A stretch of 64,000 nt of DNA from an uncultured Chloroflexia bacterium (GCA_963827475.1 CAWHAZ010000005.1:32001-96000); one strand, 5' to 3'. Shown: positions 20,691 through 31,758, counted from the first letter of the stretch. Notes: a model not told the origin generated them from the sequence alone. Numbers and translations are program-made.

Positions 20691-21652
20691 TCGGCGAGCG
20701 GGACGGGCACCTCGTCGAGCACCGCGTCCACGACCCCCTTCGCCGTCGCGCCCCGCAGCTCCCGATCGAGGTCGAGCAGGATCCGATGGTCGAGCACCGC
20801 ATGCGCCACCGCGCGAACGTCGTCCGGCAGCACGTAGTCGCGTCCCTCCAGCGCGGCCCAGGCCTGGGCCGCCCGATACAGGGCCACGCTGCTGCGGGGA
20901 GACGCCCCCAACCGGACGTCGGGATGCTCGCGGGTGGCCCGCACCAGGCCGACGAGGTAGGCCTCCACGTCCTCGGCGACGCGCGCGGTGCGGACCGTGT
21001 CGCGCAGGGCCAGGACCGTTTGCGCGTCCGCGACCGATGGGACCCGTTCCAGCGGCTCGGCCTCTGCCTGGTGGCGGCGGGCGATGGCATGCTCCGAGTC
21101 CCGACTCGGATAGCCCATCGCGATCCGGAGCAGGAATCGGTCGAGCTGGGCCTCCGGCAGGGCGAACGTGCCCTCCAGCTCGATCGGGTTCTGGGTGGCC
21201 AGCACGATGAACGGTTCGGGCAGCGGCCGCGTCTCGCCGTCGACCGATGCCTGGTGCTCCTGCATCGCCTCGAGCAGGGCGGCCTGGGTGCGTGGCGTGG
21301 CGCGGTTGATCTCGTCGACGAGGACGACCTGGCTGAAGATCGGTCCGGGGACGAAGCGGAAATCCGCGCCGTCGAGGATGCTGCTCCCGGTCACGTCGCC
21401 GGGCAGGAGATCGGGTGTGCCCTGGACCCGGGCAAAGGACAGGCCGATGGCGCGCGCGACCGCCCGCGCGAGCAGCGTCTTGCCGACCCCCGGCACGTCC
21501 TCGATCAGGGCGTGGCCGTCGGCCAGGAGGGCCACGGCCAGCAGGCGCAGCGGCGCGTCGGCGCCGACGACCGCGGTCGCCACCGCGTCGCGGAGCTCGA
21601 CTCCGAAGCGGGCTGCTCGCCCGCCGGCCTCGGCCGGCGCCTCGGCCGTCAT
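20687..21652 (-). CDS. MoxR-family AAA+ ATPase
   Basis: EDVPGVGKT, DEINRATPRTQAALLEAM, ATQNPIE, LPEAQLDRF. Confidence 0.95.
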   Translation of the reverse strand: MTAEAPAEAGGRAARFGVELRDAVATAVVGADAPLRLLAVALLADGHALIEDVPGVGKTLLARAVARAIGLSFARVQGTPDLLPGDVTGSSILDGADFRFVPGPIFSQVVLVDEINRATPRTQAALLEAMQEHQASVDGETRPLPEPFIVLATQNPIELEGTFALPEAQLDRFLLRIAMGYPSRDSEHAIARRHQAEAEPLERVPSVADAQTVLALRDTVRTARVAEDVEAYLVGLVRATREHPDVRLGASPRSSVALYRAAQAWAALEGRDYVLPDDVRAVAHAVLDHRILLDLDRELRGATAKGVVDAVLDEVPVPLAE

Positions 21653-21656
21653 CGGT

Positions 21657-22316
21657 TCAGTCGCCGATCAGGAGCCGCCGCAGCTCCGGCTCGCGCTCGG
21701 CCGAGGTGATGGCCAGCATCCGGTCCCCGTCCACCAGCCGCGTCTCCGGTCGAGCCGGAACCGCCCGCGAGCCGCGCAGGATGACCGCGATCGACGTGCC
21801 CTCCGGCATCGGCAGCTCGCGCAGCTCGCGGCCGACGGCCGGCGATTCGGCGGTGAGCTGGGCCTCCACGATCTCCAGCCCACCCCCCTCCAGCTCCGCC
21901 AGGTGGAGCAGGTCGTGGATCGGGATCTCGTGCTCGATCACGCCCAGGATGGTCCGGGTCGGGCTGACCGTGTCGTCGATCGCCAGCTGCCGGAACAGCG
22001 TCTCGTTCTTCGGGTTGTTGACCCGGGCTATGGCCCGCGGGACGTTGAAGTGCATCTTCGCCACCTGGCAGGCGACCAGGTTGTCCTCGTCGTCGCCGGT
22101 CACGGCCGCGATGACGTCGGCGCGACCCATGCCCGCCATCTCCTGGTACCGGCCCTCACACCCGTCATTCGGGACGACGATGCTCCCCAGCTCATCCGCG
22201 ATCTGGCGGGCGCGGCTGACGTTCTTCTCGATCATCACCACCTCGTGCCCGGCCTGCAGCAGCTCCTTGGTGAGGTAGTAGCCGACGTTGCCGCCGCCGA
22301 TCACGACCACGTACAT
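21657..22316 (-). CDS. TrkA-family RCK protein (TrkA_N + TrkA_C)
   Basis: VVIGGGNVG, AVTGDDEDN, ARVNNP. Confidence 0.9.
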   Translation of the reverse strand: MYVVVIGGGNVGYYLTKELLQAGHEVVMIEKNVSRARQIADELGSIVVPNDGCEGRYQEMAGMGRADVIAAVTGDDEDNLVACQVAKMHFNVPRAIARVNNPKNETLFRQLAIDDTVSPTRTILGVIEHEIPIHDLLHLAELEGGGLEIVEAQLTAESPAVGRELRELPMPEGTSIAVILRGSRAVPARPETRLVDGDRMLAITSAEREPELRRLLIGD

Positions 22317-22852
22317 CGGATCAGGCCTCCGCCTCTTCGACCACGGCCTCTCGCCTTCGCCTCGGCCTTCGCCTCGGCCCGGCTGCCGGCCGGCGGGGCG
22401 CCGCGCATCGGTTCCGCGGTCGGCTCCTCGACCTGGCCGTTAGTTGCGGCCGCTCCGTCGGCTGCCGCCACGGCGAGCGCCTGGGACAGGATGGTGGTGC
22501 GGCAGATGGTCTCCAGGCCGAGGGTGCGGTAGGCGCCGGCCCGGAGCGGGTCGTTGATCTTGGCGATGACCCGCGGCACCCCGAAGACGTGCTTCGCCAG
22601 CTGGGCCGCCATCACGTTGCGGTTGTCGCCCTCGGTCAGGGCCATGACGATGTCGGCCATCTCGGCCTCGGCGGAACGGAGGACGTCCTCGTCGGTGCCG
22701 TTGCCCCGGATGGTCACGCCGCTGTAGTCGGTTGGCAGGCGCTCGAAGGCGCGGGCCTCGAGGTCGATGACCGTGACGTGGTCGCCGCGCTTGTCGAGTG
22801 CGACCGCGGTCGCCGCGCCGACGCGGCCGCAGCCGATGATGATGATCCTCAT
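22301..22852 (-). CDS. TrkA_N-only RCK protein
   Basis: IIIGCGRVG, LTEGDNRN, AKINDP. Confidence 0.88.
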   Translation of the reverse strand: MRIIIIGCGRVGAATAVALDKRGDHVTVIDLEARAFERLPTDYSGVTIRGNGTDEDVLRSAEAEMADIVMALTEGDNRNVMAAQLAKHVFGVPRVIAKINDPLRAGAYRTLGLETICRTTILSQALAVAAADGAAATNGQVEEPTAEPMRGAPPAGSRAEAKAEAKARGRGRRGGGLIRCTWS

Positions 22853-23346
22853 GGCGAGAGTGCCAGCTCCTCCGTGCGCGCCCGGAGGCACCACACCGGC
22901 GCCTTCGAGTTCCGCATGACGTAGGGGACCGTCCGGCCCGCATCCCAGCTGCCGCCGAACCGACGCTTATAGCGTAGTCCCATCACGATCAGGTCGGCGC
23001 TCGAGGCTACCGCCTCGTCCACGATCGCCGGGCCGGCGGCCCGGGCCTGGATCATCCCGACCCGGTTCGGGACCTTCCGGGCCTCGAGGAAAGCCGCGCC
23101 GCGGTCGAGGACCTCGTCGGCGAATGCCGTCGCCCGTTCGTCCTCGGTGTCCAGCGTCCGCTCGAAGCCGACCTCGATGACGTGGACCAGGACGACCTCC
23201 ACGCCGTCGGCGTGCTCGCCCTCGCCGAGGAGGAGCGCGGTGAGTCGGAGCGCGTCATCGTCGGCGTCGCCGCCCGCCAGCGGGACGAGGATGCGGCGGT
23301 AGGGCAGGAGCGCCTGGTCAGAGTCCGATGGGCGGCGACGGAACAT
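22849..23346 (-). CDS. Universal stress protein
   Basis: RRILVPL, ADLIVMG, GRTVPYVMRNSKAPV. Confidence 0.88.
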   Translation of the reverse strand: MFRRRPSDSDQALLPYRRILVPLAGGDADDDALRLTALLLGEGEHADGVEVVLVHVIEVGFERTLDTEDERATAFADEVLDRGAAFLEARKVPNRVGMIQARAAGPAIVDEAVASSADLIVMGLRYKRRFGGSWDAGRTVPYVMRNSKAPVWCLRARTEELALSP

Positions 23347-23369
23347 CCGGCCGCTATCCTAGCCGCCGC

Positions 23370-24101
23370 TCAGCGGCCGACACCGAGCCGCTCCACCAGC
23401 CAGGCCGGAAGCCGCGCCTCGCGCATGAGGGCCTGGGTCTGTTCGATGTCGTACGGGACGCGCCGGAACTCCACGGTCTCGGCGTCCACGTCGAGGATGA
23501 GGTAGGAGCTGCGCGGGATCCCGTCCCGTGGCTGCCCCACGCTGCCGGGGTTGAGCATCAACCGGCCGGCGGGGAGTGGCAGCGGGCCGACGACCACCCC
23601 GGTCGTCTCGTGCACACCGTCGTCGGTCTGGGCGTAGATGGTGGGGAAGTGGGTATGGCCGAACAGGCAGATGCGGGTCTCGAAGGCCGCCATGCAGACC
23701 GCCGCCAGCCCGGGCGAGGAGACGTACTCCCAGATCGGGTCGCGCGGGGAGCCGTGCACGGCGGTCAGGTCGTTCTCCACCCGTCGCTCGGGGAGTGCGG
23801 CCAGGTACTCGCGTGAGGCCGGGCTGACGACCTCGGTCGTCCATCGAATGGCCGCGGCCGCCGCGTCGTTGAACCAGGCGGTGTCGACCAGCCCGACCGC
23901 TGCCCCGTCGTGGTTGCCCATCACCGCCCGGGCGCTGCGTTCGCGCAGCCGCGAGATGACCTCGTTGGGCTGCGGGCCGTAGCCGACGATGTCGCCGCAC
24001 ACCCAGACCTGGTCCACCGGCCCGAGGCCGTCGAGGTCCGAGAGCACCGCGTCGAGGGCCACGAGGTTGGCATGGATGTCCGACAGGACGGCAAGGCGCA
24101 T
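23370..24101 (-). CDS. Metallophosphoesterase
   Basis: DIHAN, GDIVGYG, GNHD, HGSP, GHTH, NPGSVGQPRD. Confidence 0.92.
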   Translation of the reverse strand: MRLAVLSDIHANLVALDAVLSDLDGLGPVDQVWVCGDIVGYGPQPNEVISRLRERSARAVMGNHDGAAVGLVDTAWFNDAAAAAIRWTTEVVSPASREYLAALPERRVENDLTAVHGSPRDPIWEYVSSPGLAAVCMAAFETRICLFGHTHFPTIYAQTDDGVHETTGVVVGPLPLPAGRLMLNPGSVGQPRDGIPRSSYLILDVDAETVEFRRVPYDIEQTQALMREARLPAWLVERLGVGR

Positions 24102-24381
24102 CGGCCGGCGAGTGTAACGAGAAATGCTCCCCCGGCGCCTTTCGGTCTTCCCGGAGTCGGGCGGTTTCGCGGCCGGCTCTCGCATCGGCCCCGCGCCGTC
24201 CCCGGTTACCCATACTCGGCACCGTGGAAGCAGGAGCGCCAGTGTCCTGCGACTCCGGACGAGGGGCAAGTGGAGTTATCCACGAATCGTGCGCCGAGAT
24301 GCCGGTCTGTGGAAAAGTCGCCGGGATATACTGGCCGCCGATGACGCCTCACCCCTTCGGGGCGAGTACGATCCGGTATCG

Positions 24382-24795
24382 GTGGCGGTCCTGCTGAGCG
24401 AGAGTTCGCCACCGCGCTTCGCTCACGACAGCGAAGCCGAATTGGCCCGGGTCCTCGACTTCTACCAGGTGGCGTGGCGGTATGAACCGGACGTGTTCCC
24501 CATCTCCTGGAGCCCATCGGGCGCCGTTGTCGAGTCTTTCGCGCCCGATTTCTTCCTCCCCGAGCTGGACCTCTACGTGGAGCTGACCACCCTGCGCCAG
24601 TCCCTGGTGCGCAAGAAGAACCGGAAGCTGCGGCTCCTGCGCCAGCTCTACCCCGAGGTGCGCATCAAGCTCCTCTACATGCGCGACTTCCAGGCGCTCA
24701 TGGTCAAATACGGGCGGATCGACTTCCTGGTCGAGATGAACGGCACGAACGGCCACCACGCGGCCCCGGCCCCGAGCGGCGGCGTGGCGCGATGA
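24382..24795 (+). CDS. PD-(D/E)XK nuclease-like hypothetical protein
   Basis: SE...WRYEP...FAPDFFLPELDLYVELTT; ATGA overlap with hpt. Confidence 0.7.
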   Translation: MAVLLSESSPPRFAHDSEAELARVLDFYQVAWRYEPDVFPISWSPSGAVVESFAPDFFLPELDLYVELTTLRQSLVRKKNRKLRLLRQLYPEVRIKLLYMRDFQALMVKYGRIDFLVEMNGTNGHHAAPAPSGGVAR

Positions 24796-25370
24796 ACGAG
24801 ACGCCGGTGGCGACCATCCACGCCGACGTGGAGGAGATCCTCCTCACCGAGGAGCAGATCCAGGCCCGGGTGGCGGAGCTCGGCGCCCAGCTGACCACCG
24901 ACTACGAGGGGCGCGATCCGGTCCTCGTCAGCGTCCTGAAGGGCTCGATCGTCTTCCTCGCCGACCTCGTGCGGGGCATGGACATCCCGCTCTCGATCGA
25001 CATCATGGAGGCCAGCTCCTACGGCGCGGCGACCGAGAGCAGCGGCCAGGTCCGGATCCTGAAGGACCTGTCGAACCCGATCGAGGGGCGCCACGTGATC
25101 GTGGTCGAGGACATCATCGACACCGGCCTCACGCTGAACTACCTGCTCCGTCACCTTCGCGAGAAGGGACTGGCCTCGCTCACGATCTGCTGCCTGCTCG
25201 ACAAGCCGGCGCGCCGGCTGACCGAGATCCCGATCGACTACGTCGGGTTCACGATCCCAGATCGATTCGTGGTCGGCTACGGGCTCGACTACGGCGAGCG
25301 CTACCGGAACCTGCCCTACGTCGGGGTCCTGCGTCCATCGGTCTACGGGCTCGCCAACCCGGAGGCCTGA
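24792..25370 (+). CDS. hpt: Hypoxanthine phosphoribosyltransferase
   Basis: VLKGS, VEDIIDTGLTL, FVVGYGLDY...RNLPY. Confidence 0.96.
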   Translation: MNETPVATIHADVEEILLTEEQIQARVAELGAQLTTDYEGRDPVLVSVLKGSIVFLADLVRGMDIPLSIDIMEASSYGAATESSGQVRILKDLSNPIEGRHVIVVEDIIDTGLTLNYLLRHLREKGLASLTICCLLDKPARRLTEIPIDYVGFTIPDRFVVGYGLDYGERYRNLPYVGVLRPSVYGLANPEA

Positions 25371-25373
25371 CCG

Positions 25374-25808
25374 GTGGACGACACCGGTCGGCCGCGGCGC
25401 TTCCGGGTCCCGATCCTCCTCGGCGCCCTGCTGATGGTGGCCGCCGCCTTCCTGCCGTGGTGGCGCGCCGGTGGTGATCGGGTGAGCGGAGTCGAGCTGC
25501 CGGCCACCAGCGGGATCGGGCTGGAGGGGCCGGGACTGGTGATCTTCGCCGCGGCGATCCTCGCCCTCGCCCTGCTCGACATCGGGTTCGCCCGTGGCCG
25601 ATGGGGCTTCGCCCTGGACGCGCCCGCCATCTACCTGATCCTCGGCCTGGCCGCCGCCGCAGCCCTCGTCTGGCGCGGCTGGGAGCTGTGGTCGGTGTCC
25701 TACCTGCCGCTCCCCCAGAGCTCCCCGGGGCTGATCGTGGCCATCGTCGGGGTCGGGCTGTTCCTGTACGGGGCGGGAACCGGGATGGGCAGCCGCCGCA
25801 CGTTCTAG
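25374..25808 (+). CDS. Hypothetical membrane protein
   Basis: About 4 TM segments, AFLPWW motif. Confidence 0.7.
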   Translation: MDDTGRPRRFRVPILLGALLMVAAAFLPWWRAGGDRVSGVELPATSGIGLEGPGLVIFAAAILALALLDIGFARGRWGFALDAPAIYLILGLAAAAALVWRGWELWSVSYLPLPQSSPGLIVAIVGVGLFLYGAGTGMGSRRTF

Positions 25809-25823
25809 AGCCCGACCAGGCGA

Positions 25824-25940
25824 CTAGGTCGGTGGCAGGATCAGCGGGCTGAGGATGATCCAGCCCAGCAGGATGATCACCAGCATCCCGACCAGCACGA
25901 CCATGGGGCGCAGGTCCGGCCGGTAGGGCTGCTTCGACAT
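25824..25940 (-). CDS. 38-aa single-TM small protein (not in ORF track)
   Basis: MSKQPYRPDLRPMVVLVGMLVIILLGWIILSPLILPPT*, GGGGA RBS. Confidence 0.6.
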   Translation of the reverse strand: MSKQPYRPDLRPMVVLVGMLVIILLGWIILSPLILPPT

Positions 25941-25964
25941 CGGTCGTCCCCCGCGCCGCCGCGC

Positions 25965-26674
<710 letters not shown>

Positions 26675-26678
<4 letters not shown>

Positions 26679-27523
26679 GCCGGCGTCGATCCTTTGGTCT
26701 CCTCGCCTGCGTCGTCCTCCGGCGCGGTCGATGGACGCGGGGCGCCGCCGGGCGAACCGCTGGCACCCTTGCCGAGGTAGGCCTCGATGACCCGCGGGTT
26801 GTTCTGGATCTCGCGCGGCGTGCCTTCGGCGATCTTCTCCCCATAGTCCAGCACGGTGATCCGCTCCGAGATGCCCATCACGACCCGCATCTCGTGCTCG
26901 ATCAGGAGGATCGTGAGCCCCAGCTCGTCCCGGAGCCGACGGAAGAACGTCGTCATCTGCGCGGTCTCGGCCGGGTTCATGCCCGCCGTCGGCTCGTCGA
27001 GGAGGAGGAGCTTCGGCTCGGTGGCCAGGGCGCGTGCGATCTCCAACCGCCGCTGATCGCCGTATGGCAGCTTGCTGGCCTGGGTCCCGCCAACGCCCTT
27101 GAGGCCGACGAATTCGAGGATCCGGTTCGCTTCCGCTCTCCCCTTCACCTCCTCCTCGATCATGCCCGGCGTCCGAATCACCGAACGCAGCCAGCCCGAG
27201 CGCAGGAAGTGATGGCGCCCGACCATCACGTTGTCAGAGACGGACATCTCGGCGAACAGCCGGATGTTCTGGTAGGTCCGGGCGATGCCGAGGCGAGCGA
27301 TCTGGTCGCGCCTGAGCTTGTTGATTCGCTGACCCTCGAACGTGATGTCCCCCTCGTCGATCGGATACCAGCCGGCGATGCAGTTGAAGAACGTCGTCTT
27401 CCCGGCACCGTTCGGACCGATGACGCTGACGATCGAGCGCTCCTCGATCTCGAGGTCGAGCTTGTGGACAGCGAGCAGGCCCCCGAACCGCTTGGTGACG
27501 CCCTGCGCGACGAGCTGCGGCAT
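26675..27523 (-). CDS. livG: Branched-chain amino acid ABC transporter ATPase
   Basis: GPNGAGKTT, LPYGDQRRLEIARALA, VIEAYLG. Confidence 0.93.
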
Positions 27524-27530
27524 CAGGTGG

Positions 27531-29237
27531 TCACTCCGGTTCGGCGGCGAGGGCCGCCGCCTCGACACCACCTTCCGTCGCGTGCAGCTCGCGCGCGGCG
27601 AAGCGGGTGGGCAAGAGCCCTTCGGGCCGGTACAGCATCATGATGACCAGGGCAGCGCCATAGAACAGGAACCGATAGTCCGCGAACTCGCGGAACAGCT
27701 CCGGCACGCCGATCAGGAACGCAGCTCCGAGTACTGCTCCGGGGACGCTTCCCATTCCACCAATGACCACGATGGCCACCACGTTGATCGACACGGTGGT
27801 GCTGACGCTGCTGTCGAAGATCGAGCCCACCAGGCCGGCAAAGATGCCGCCACCCAACCCGGCGAACGCCGCCCCGAGCATGTACGCCAGCAGCTTGGTC
27901 TGGACCAGGTTGACGCCGACCGCCTCGGCCACGTCCTCGTCCTCTCGCAGGCTGAGCCAGGCGCGCCCGATCCGGGCCTTCCGCAGCCGGAGAGCGATGA
28001 ACGCAACCACCGCGGCGAACGCAAGGGCGATGTAGTAGATCTGGTTGGGACCGGCCAGCCACGAGTCCGGCGGGACGTCGATGGGCTTGGGGATCTGGGT
28101 GATGCCCTGCGGACCGCCGAGCCACGGGAGGAGGAGGTCCGATCCAGCCAGGATCCTGATGATCTCCCCGAATCCCAGCGTCGCGATCGCGAGATAGTCA
28201 CCGCGGACGTTGAGAATCGGCAGGCCGAAGAACGCCCCGAACAGCATGGCTACGATCACGGCAAACGGGAGGGCGGCCCAGAACGACATTTGCGCGATCC
28301 CGAAATCTCCGGTCGAGGTCAAGAGACCAACGGTGTACGCGCCCACGGCCAGGAAGGCGACGAAACCGAGGTCGAGCAGGCCGGCCAGCCCGAGGGTGAT
28401 GTTCAGGCCCAGGCCCAGCAGGATGTAGATGGCGACGATCGCGACGACCTGCGCCACGAACGGACCGAGCGCCTGCGGCAGGAGAATCACGAAGATCGCC
28501 AGCAGGACGAATGCCGGCACCGAGAGAGCCCGACGCCGTGCGGGTGGCAAGGCCTTGACGCGGCCCCGCACGCCGCTGTAGTGCACCGCTTCGCGAATGC
28601 CAACGGCGAGGACAAAGGTCACGACGGCGCCGATCAGTGTCAGCCCCTGCGACGCGAACAGCAGCCGGGCGAGGTCGTCCAGCGGCGTGCCCAGCATCGC
28701 GTTGCGCAGGATCCCTGAGAACAGGCCCATGAACAGGATGGCCGCCAGCCCGGTGAGCACCGGCCGCCTGACGTTGACCGGGGCAATGCGCACAGCGCCG
28801 GCCACCGCGCCAAGGACGAGACCAACGACGGCCGGGATCCAGGCCCCGGACACGCCCATCCCGAAGGTGATGATCTCGTACATCTCCGGCGATGCCGGCA
28901 AGAAGACCGCCCGCAGGTCCACCACCGAGCCGACCAGGACGAGGGCGGTCAGCCCGGCGCCAGCGATGAGACCGGCCACCGCGGCCTGCACCACCGCCGA
29001 CACTCCTCGTCGACCCGAACGGGCCGCCGCCATCCAGCCGGTGCCGAGCCAGGTCAGGACGAGCGATGTCTGGCCGAGGGAGATGACGTCCTCGATCAGT
29101 GAGCGCTCGTGGAACTCCCCGACGATCCCGACCAGGCACAGGAACACGCCGACCGTCGCCCCGAGAAGTCCGAAGCGGATCGTGGCCCGCCAGTCAACGC
29201 GCATCCGCCCTTCGGTCGAGCCCGTGGTCACGGTCAT
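27531..29237 (-). CDS. livM: Branched-chain amino acid ABC permease with N-terminal TM extension
   Basis: GLAGLLDLGFVAF, RGDYLAIATLGFGEI, RPEGL. Confidence 0.9.
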   Translation of the reverse strand: MTVTTGSTEGRMRVDWRATIRFGLLGATVGVFLCLVGIVGEFHERSLIEDVISLGQTSLVLTWLGTGWMAAARSGRRGVSAVVQAAVAGLIAGAGLTALVLVGSVVDLRAVFLPASPEMYEIITFGMGVSGAWIPAVVGLVLGAVAGAVRIAPVNVRRPVLTGLAAILFMGLFSGILRNAMLGTPLDDLARLLFASQGLTLIGAVVTFVLAVGIREAVHYSGVRGRVKALPPARRRALSVPAFVLLAIFVILLPQALGPFVAQVVAIVAIYILLGLGLNITLGLAGLLDLGFVAFLAVGAYTVGLLTSTGDFGIAQMSFWAALPFAVIVAMLFGAFFGLPILNVRGDYLAIATLGFGEIIRILAGSDLLLPWLGGPQGITQIPKPIDVPPDSWLAGPNQIYYIALAFAAVVAFIALRLRKARIGRAWLSLREDEDVAEAVGVNLVQTKLLAYMLGAAFAGLGGGIFAGLVGSIFDSSVSTTVSINVVAIVVIGGMGSVPGAVLGAAFLIGVPELFREFADYRFLFYGAALVIMMLYRPEGLLPTRFAARELHATEGGVEAAALAAEPE

Positions 29238-30307
29238 GCCCTCCGGCTCACGCGCTCACCGAGGATGCCCTCGGGCCGGAAGATCAGCACCAGTACCAGC
29301 AGGGTGAACGCGATGACGTCCTTCAGCTGGGTCGGTGACGGCACCTGCAGCCCGTCGAAGAAGAGCGTGGGTCCCACCGATTCGATGGTCCCGAGGAACA
29401 TGCCGCCGAGCACGGCTCCGGGGATGTTGCCGATTCCCCCGAGCACAGCGGCGGTGAAGGCCTTCAGGCCGGGGAAGATGCCCGACGTGTAGTAGATCTG
29501 GCGGAACAGGAGGCCGTACATGACGCCAGCCGCCCCAGCCATGGCGGCACCGATGGCGAAGGTGGTGACGATCACGCGGTTGACGTCGATGCCCATCAGG
29601 GCGGCGGTCGCCGGGTCCTCGGACACGGCGCGAATGGCGGTCCCCATCTTCGTCCGCTGCACGTAGAGCATGAGGCCGGCCATCATGCCCAAGGCCCCGA
29701 CGACGACCACGACGTCCACCCACCGAATGCTGATGAAGTCGATCGGCACCTGCTCGGCCAGGATGTCCACGGTCGGGTAGGCGTAAAGGCCAGGCCCGAA
29801 GAAACCGCGCATCGTGTACTGCAGGAAGAGCGACGCGCCGATCGCGCTGATGAGCGGGACAAGGCGGGGGGCGTTTCGCAGGGGCCGGTAGGCAATCCGC
29901 TCGACCGCGAGGGCGACCAGCGTTGAAACGAGCGCGGCGACGGCGATCATGATCGCCACCGAGGCCAGCGACGCGAGTGGGCTCGCATTCAGCATGCCTA
30001 TCGACACCAGCGCCGAGGCCACGAAGTAGCCACCGAAGGCGCCCGCCGTGAACACCTCACCGTGGGCGAAGTTGATCAACCGCAGGATGCCGTAGACCAT
30101 CGTGTAGCCCAGGGCGATGAGCGAGTACAGCGACCCGAGGATGATCCCCTGGACGAGGAGGTCGACCCAGACCTCGATCGAATACTTGCCTGAAGCGAGG
30201 GTCAGGGCGGAGCCCACGACGACGATCGCCACGACGGCGATGCGGAAGGTCCACAGAAAGGCCTTGATCGCGAGATCGGTCAGCCGCTCGACCAGCCCGG
30301 TCTGCAT
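29234..30307 (-). CDS. livH: Branched-chain amino acid ABC permease
   Basis: ALGYTMVYGILRLINFAHGE, KAFTAAVLGGIG, FRPEGILG. Confidence 0.93.
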   Translation of the reverse strand: MQTGLVERLTDLAIKAFLWTFRIAVVAIVVVGSALTLASGKYSIEVWVDLLVQGIILGSLYSLIALGYTMVYGILRLINFAHGEVFTAGAFGGYFVASALVSIGMLNASPLASLASVAIMIAVAALVSTLVALAVERIAYRPLRNAPRLVPLISAIGASLFLQYTMRGFFGPGLYAYPTVDILAEQVPIDFISIRWVDVVVVVGALGMMAGLMLYVQRTKMGTAIRAVSEDPATAALMGIDVNRVIVTTFAIGAAMAGAAGVMYGLLFRQIYYTSGIFPGLKAFTAAVLGGIGNIPGAVLGGMFLGTIESVGPTLFFDGLQVPSPTQLKDVIAFTLLVLVLIFRPEGILGERVSRRA

Positions 30308-30372
30308 CGGGGCGTTCCTCTGTCTGACGGGAGGGGACTCTCGTTGGTGTAGAGGGCTTTGAGGCGGGATAT

Positions 30373-30404
30373 GGATCAGCCCGGCCATGAGGCCGGGCTG
30401 ATCC
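30373..30404 (-). terminator. Intergenic stem-loop after the binding-protein gene
   Basis: GGATCAGCCCGGCC / GGCCGGGCTGATCC 14-bp perfect stem. Confidence 0.65.
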
Positions 30405-30462
30405 GGGGTCTATCGGTCAGCCAGCGCCGGAGCGATCAGCTGACATGTGGTCACGTCGTGGC

Positions 30463-31758
30463 TTACGGCCAGACTGGCACGGTCGGCATGGTCACCGGGG
30501 GTCCGAAGACATCCGCCGTGATCTGGTACATCCCGATAACCGGCGCGCCGCAGTCTCCGCTCGGGGAGCATGACAGCGTTCCAGTCAGTCCGGCGAAGTC
30601 CGCGGTGGCGAAGAGCCGCTCACGGAGGCCGCCCTTGGGGATCCAGGTCGTCCCGCTGGCATCCTCCATCGCCACGTCCTCGATGGCCTGGAACAGCATG
30701 TTCGCAGCGTCGAAAGCGTGGGCGTGGAAGGGAGCGAGCGGGGCCTCACCGTACGTCTCTTCGTGCAGTGCTAGGAAGTCCGCATACGCGTCCGCGAAGG
30801 CGGTGAAGTCCGGGCTCGACAGGAACATACCCTCCGCGTTCGGGCCGGCCGCCGCGATGAAGTCAGGGCTGTACAAGCCGTCCGAGCCGGCGAGAACCAC
30901 GTCCTCGAGGCCTGGGACGTCACGCACCTGCGAGGTGAGGTAACCGCCCTCGGCGATGAAGACCGGGTAGTACAGGAGATCAGGCGCCTCGGCCGCGACG
31001 CGGGTCAGGACCGGCACCATGTCGGTCTGGCCGCGCTCGATGGCGTCCTGCAGGACGATCTCGCCACCGAGCTCGGTGAAGTTGTCGGCGAACACCTGCT
31101 GCAGGGCCTGGGCGTAGGCGCTTCCATCATGGATGGTCGCCGCCGTCGTAAAGCCCTCCTCGATGGCCCAGTTGGCGACTGCCAACCCCTGGAACGCGTC
31201 GCTGTGCGCCGTTCGCAGGTAACCGGCATAGGTCTCGTCGCGGTCTTCCGCGGTGAGCGCCGGTCGAGTGTTCGAGCTCGAGATGGTGGTCAATCCGGCC
31301 TCGGTGATCGTCTGGATGCCGCCGACGGTCTCGTCCGAGCAGATGGAGCCGACGAGGCCCACGATGGTGGGATCGGCCGCAATCCGCTGGGCTGCCGTCG
31401 CGCCGCCCTCTGGCGTGCACAGGCCGTCCTCGGAAGTCAGCAGAATCTCGTGGCCAACCAAGGTGCCGCCAATCTCCGAGATCGCGATCTCGACACCTCG
31501 CTGGCTGTCGGTGCCGAGCGTGGCGTCTGCGCCCGACAGGACGCCCCAGAAGCCAATGTGGAGCGGCTCGCCCTCCGGGATCTCCACGCAGCCGTACTCA
31601 TCGGCGTCGCAGACGGCTGACGGGTCTACCGGCGCCTCGCTGGCCGGTGCGCTCTCGGGTGCGCTGCCGCTTGGCTCTCCGCTTGCGGAGGGCTGACACG
31701 CAGCCAGAACGAGCGCCAGCACCATGAGGCCGGCACTCCACTTCAGGAACTTCTCCAT
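30463..31758 (-). CDS. Branched-chain amino acid ABC substrate-binding lipoprotein (LivK/LivJ-like)
   Basis: Lipobox LAAC, RTAHSDAFQG, IHDGSAY; operon context. Confidence 0.9.
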   Translation of the reverse strand: MEKFLKWSAGLMVLALVLAACQPSASGEPSGSAPESAPASEAPVDPSAVCDADEYGCVEIPEGEPLHIGFWGVLSGADATLGTDSQRGVEIAISEIGGTLVGHEILLTSEDGLCTPEGGATAAQRIAADPTIVGLVGSICSDETVGGIQTITEAGLTTISSSNTRPALTAEDRDETYAGYLRTAHSDAFQGLAVANWAIEEGFTTAATIHDGSAYAQALQQVFADNFTELGGEIVLQDAIERGQTDMVPVLTRVAAEAPDLLYYPVFIAEGGYLTSQVRDVPGLEDVVLAGSDGLYSPDFIAAAGPNAEGMFLSSPDFTAFADAYADFLALHEETYGEAPLAPFHAHAFDAANMLFQAIEDVAMEDASGTTWIPKGGLRERLFATADFAGLTGTLSCSPSGDCGAPVIGMYQITADVFGPPVTMPTVPVWP

